NCBI GenBank assembly: GCA_951406725.2
Contig: OX597815.1
Coordinates: forward strand, 75,888,001 to 75,952,000
DNA: 64,000 nt
Source: Octopus vulgaris
Taxonomy: Eukaryota
Direction: 5' to 3'
Position numbers and translations under genes: made by a program. Position 1 is the first letter of the stretch, and each line of letters starts with the position of its first letter. The notes beneath the pieces were generated by a model. That model had not been told where the DNA came from. It saw only the letters and a list, made by a program, of their open reading frames with translations, and searched no databases. Positions 61,901-64,000 of this stretch are shown piece by piece.

Positions 61901-62741
61901 TTCTAATACTGATACCACAAAAATGAAGTCAGTACACTTAGTAAAGTGGTTGGTGTTAGGAAGGGAATTCAGCTGTAGAAACTATGCCAAAAAGGAAATG
62001 CAAATGTGATGAGATTTCCCAGACAAATCAAGTAGCATGCCCAAATTACATAACTCCAGCTGTGACAACCCTCTAACCCATGCCAGTAAGGAAAGCAAAT
62101 GTAAAAAAAAGATGATAATGATGTCAATGTTGAGGACATATTTCACACATATCTCCAAGAAAAATTGAGCAATAAACTGCTAAAGAAAATTATCTGTACA
62201 CTTGGCATTTATCATTATTAATCACCCTCAATATTATTAATCATGACAATGACAAGTAACAGGTGTACGAATAACTTTCAGCAAGAGAGTTCACAAATAA
62301 ATCCCTAGATGTAAAAAGTGAAAACTAAGTACTGAAAAGATGAATATCAACCTATAAAATTTTAAAAGAACTTGTGTTAAAATGAATTTAAAGCTAAAAC
62401 ATAGCACTTATTATAACTGATTAAAAATTATAGAATGTCAAAACAGTAAACTTGACCTTTAAAGGATTAAAGAGAGTTTTTCAGTCAGCTGGACTGTAAG
62501 TGAAACTGTCTTAAAACATCAAATGACATTTTTCATATCAAAACAGTGAAAAACTCTCAGCTTTAAAACAAATAATGCAGCAAGAAATCATTATAAACAG
62601 ATTCGAAACTCTACAGAACAAATAAGCTTCTTTGAGTAAAATATGATACTGAGGGATGAAGCAAAAGAAAAGACTTATAATGGCAGTTCTACTAAATTCC
62701 ATGTGCATAAATACATATTTTTAACTTCTGAATAAAGTAGA

Positions 62742-63839
62742 CTAGCAGTAAAACCCGGCCTTGCCCAGGATTAAGTTACGATTATTAAGCTAATCAAGTT
62801 CTTTACTTCAAACCAAACTAAGTAATATCGACGTCAAATTTGGGCAAAATCCGTTGAAATTAGTTATATCATATATATATATATTAATATAATATAGTAT
62901 AATTATATATGGGCAACAGACATGAACACACATACACACACGTACGTACGTACACCTATTGCATGTTTTGTGCACGCATACATGTTCATAAACAGAAATG
63001 AATGGAAAAAATGTTGTTAAATTTGTAGATTAACACTCGCATGATTTTCAATGAGAAAAAAAATCGTTTTTTTTTTTGCATGGAATCAACTACTCTGTCC
63101 TCTTAATATGCTACAAAACCCTTTTTGTGGTCCGTGAAACGAAGTGGGGTGTGGTGGAAGCCTCGCAAATTGTACCCATTTATATTGTGTAATTCACTGA
63201 CAAATTCTTAGCTACCTCTTCGTGTCTTTGTTGTTAAATAAATGGATTGTCAACAAAACACTTTTTTACTCGGCGTAAAATAAAAACAAAACTCTTTCGC
63301 ACCCAAAGTAATGTGTGTGAGAGAGAGAGAGAGGGGAAAGATAAACGATTTAAAATAAATATATTGTAATTGGTGTTTGAGAAAGTATTTATACTATGAT
63401 TATAAAATATAGTGTCTTTCAAAAACATCCTGAATTTGAACACTATATCTCGTGTTTAAGAAAAAACAAACCATTTTACATTTTATTTTTTTATGAACAT
63501 CATCACTTTCTCTCTCCCTCTCACTTTGTCTTTCCCTCTTTTTTATTTAGACGCTGTGAAACTACTTCTCTTCCACTTTTCTTTATCTTGTTTTTTTTTG
63601 TTAGACGCTGTCAAAAAGCTATGGCTGATATTTTTTATGGCTAAAAGCTATGGCTGAAAATAGATTTTTACTGCTATCCGCAGGTGCCTCGGTAAAAAAA
63701 TAAGTTGACAAAACCCAAATAGGATGTTGATGAATGTCTTCCTAAAATTTGAGTGACATGCGTGCTAATTTGTGGATGTGCATAAACTACAATCACGTAC
63801 ACACACACACACACACATCTTCCCTTATATATATACAGA
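62742..63839 (-). mobile_element. Probable non-autonomous Helitron
   Basis: Minus strand starts A|TC (63839) followed by TA/TG microsatellite. It ends with the hairpin CCTGGGCAAGGCCGGG a few bases before CTAG|T (62742). Confidence 0.55.
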
Positions 63840-64000
63840 TAACATATTTCTTGTAAGCATGGACATTTTTAAACATTTCAAAAACAGAAAATGCAGTTTT
63901 GTCTAGTAGAACTAATAACTATTGTAGATATAAAGAAATTATATCTGAAAAGTTAACATTTAATTTCAATATATATATATGTGTGTATATATATATATAT

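Noticed and set aside
52850-64000. STRAP coding exon 1 (expected ...TCSGHTRPVV...LISACK)
   Set aside because: Not found by reading the minus strand; presumably beyond the window end.

Overview
AT-rich eukaryotic (animal) genomic DNA. The repeat families resemble those of Octopus/coleoid cephalopods; this is an inference from recall, not a search. There are three conserved protein-coding genes. (1) An intronless SNW1/SKIP splicing factor (8468-10081, +). (2) A complete five-exon NDUFB8 complex I subunit (22891-31630, +; 196 aa reconstructed, all introns GT-AG with phases consistent). (3) Six coding exons of the WD40 gene STRAP/unrip (52849-37827, -), whose first coding exon was not found and probably lies beyond the window end. 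The rest is intron or intergenic DNA dense with mobile elements: mariner copies, RTE-type LINE fragments, tRNA-derived SINEs, Penelope and R4/Dong-like fragments, MITEs, a probable Helitron and a miniature LTR element. The most unusual signals are RNA-level. One is a minimal type I hammerhead ribozyme fold at 32193-32236. Another is an inverted, circularly permuted pair of tRNA-promoter plus decayed-hammerhead units resembling a retrozyme at about 4260-4850. There is also a ~900 bp TRIM-like LTR element with a tRNA-Ser primer binding site. Most short ORFs in the supplied track are non-coding noise.
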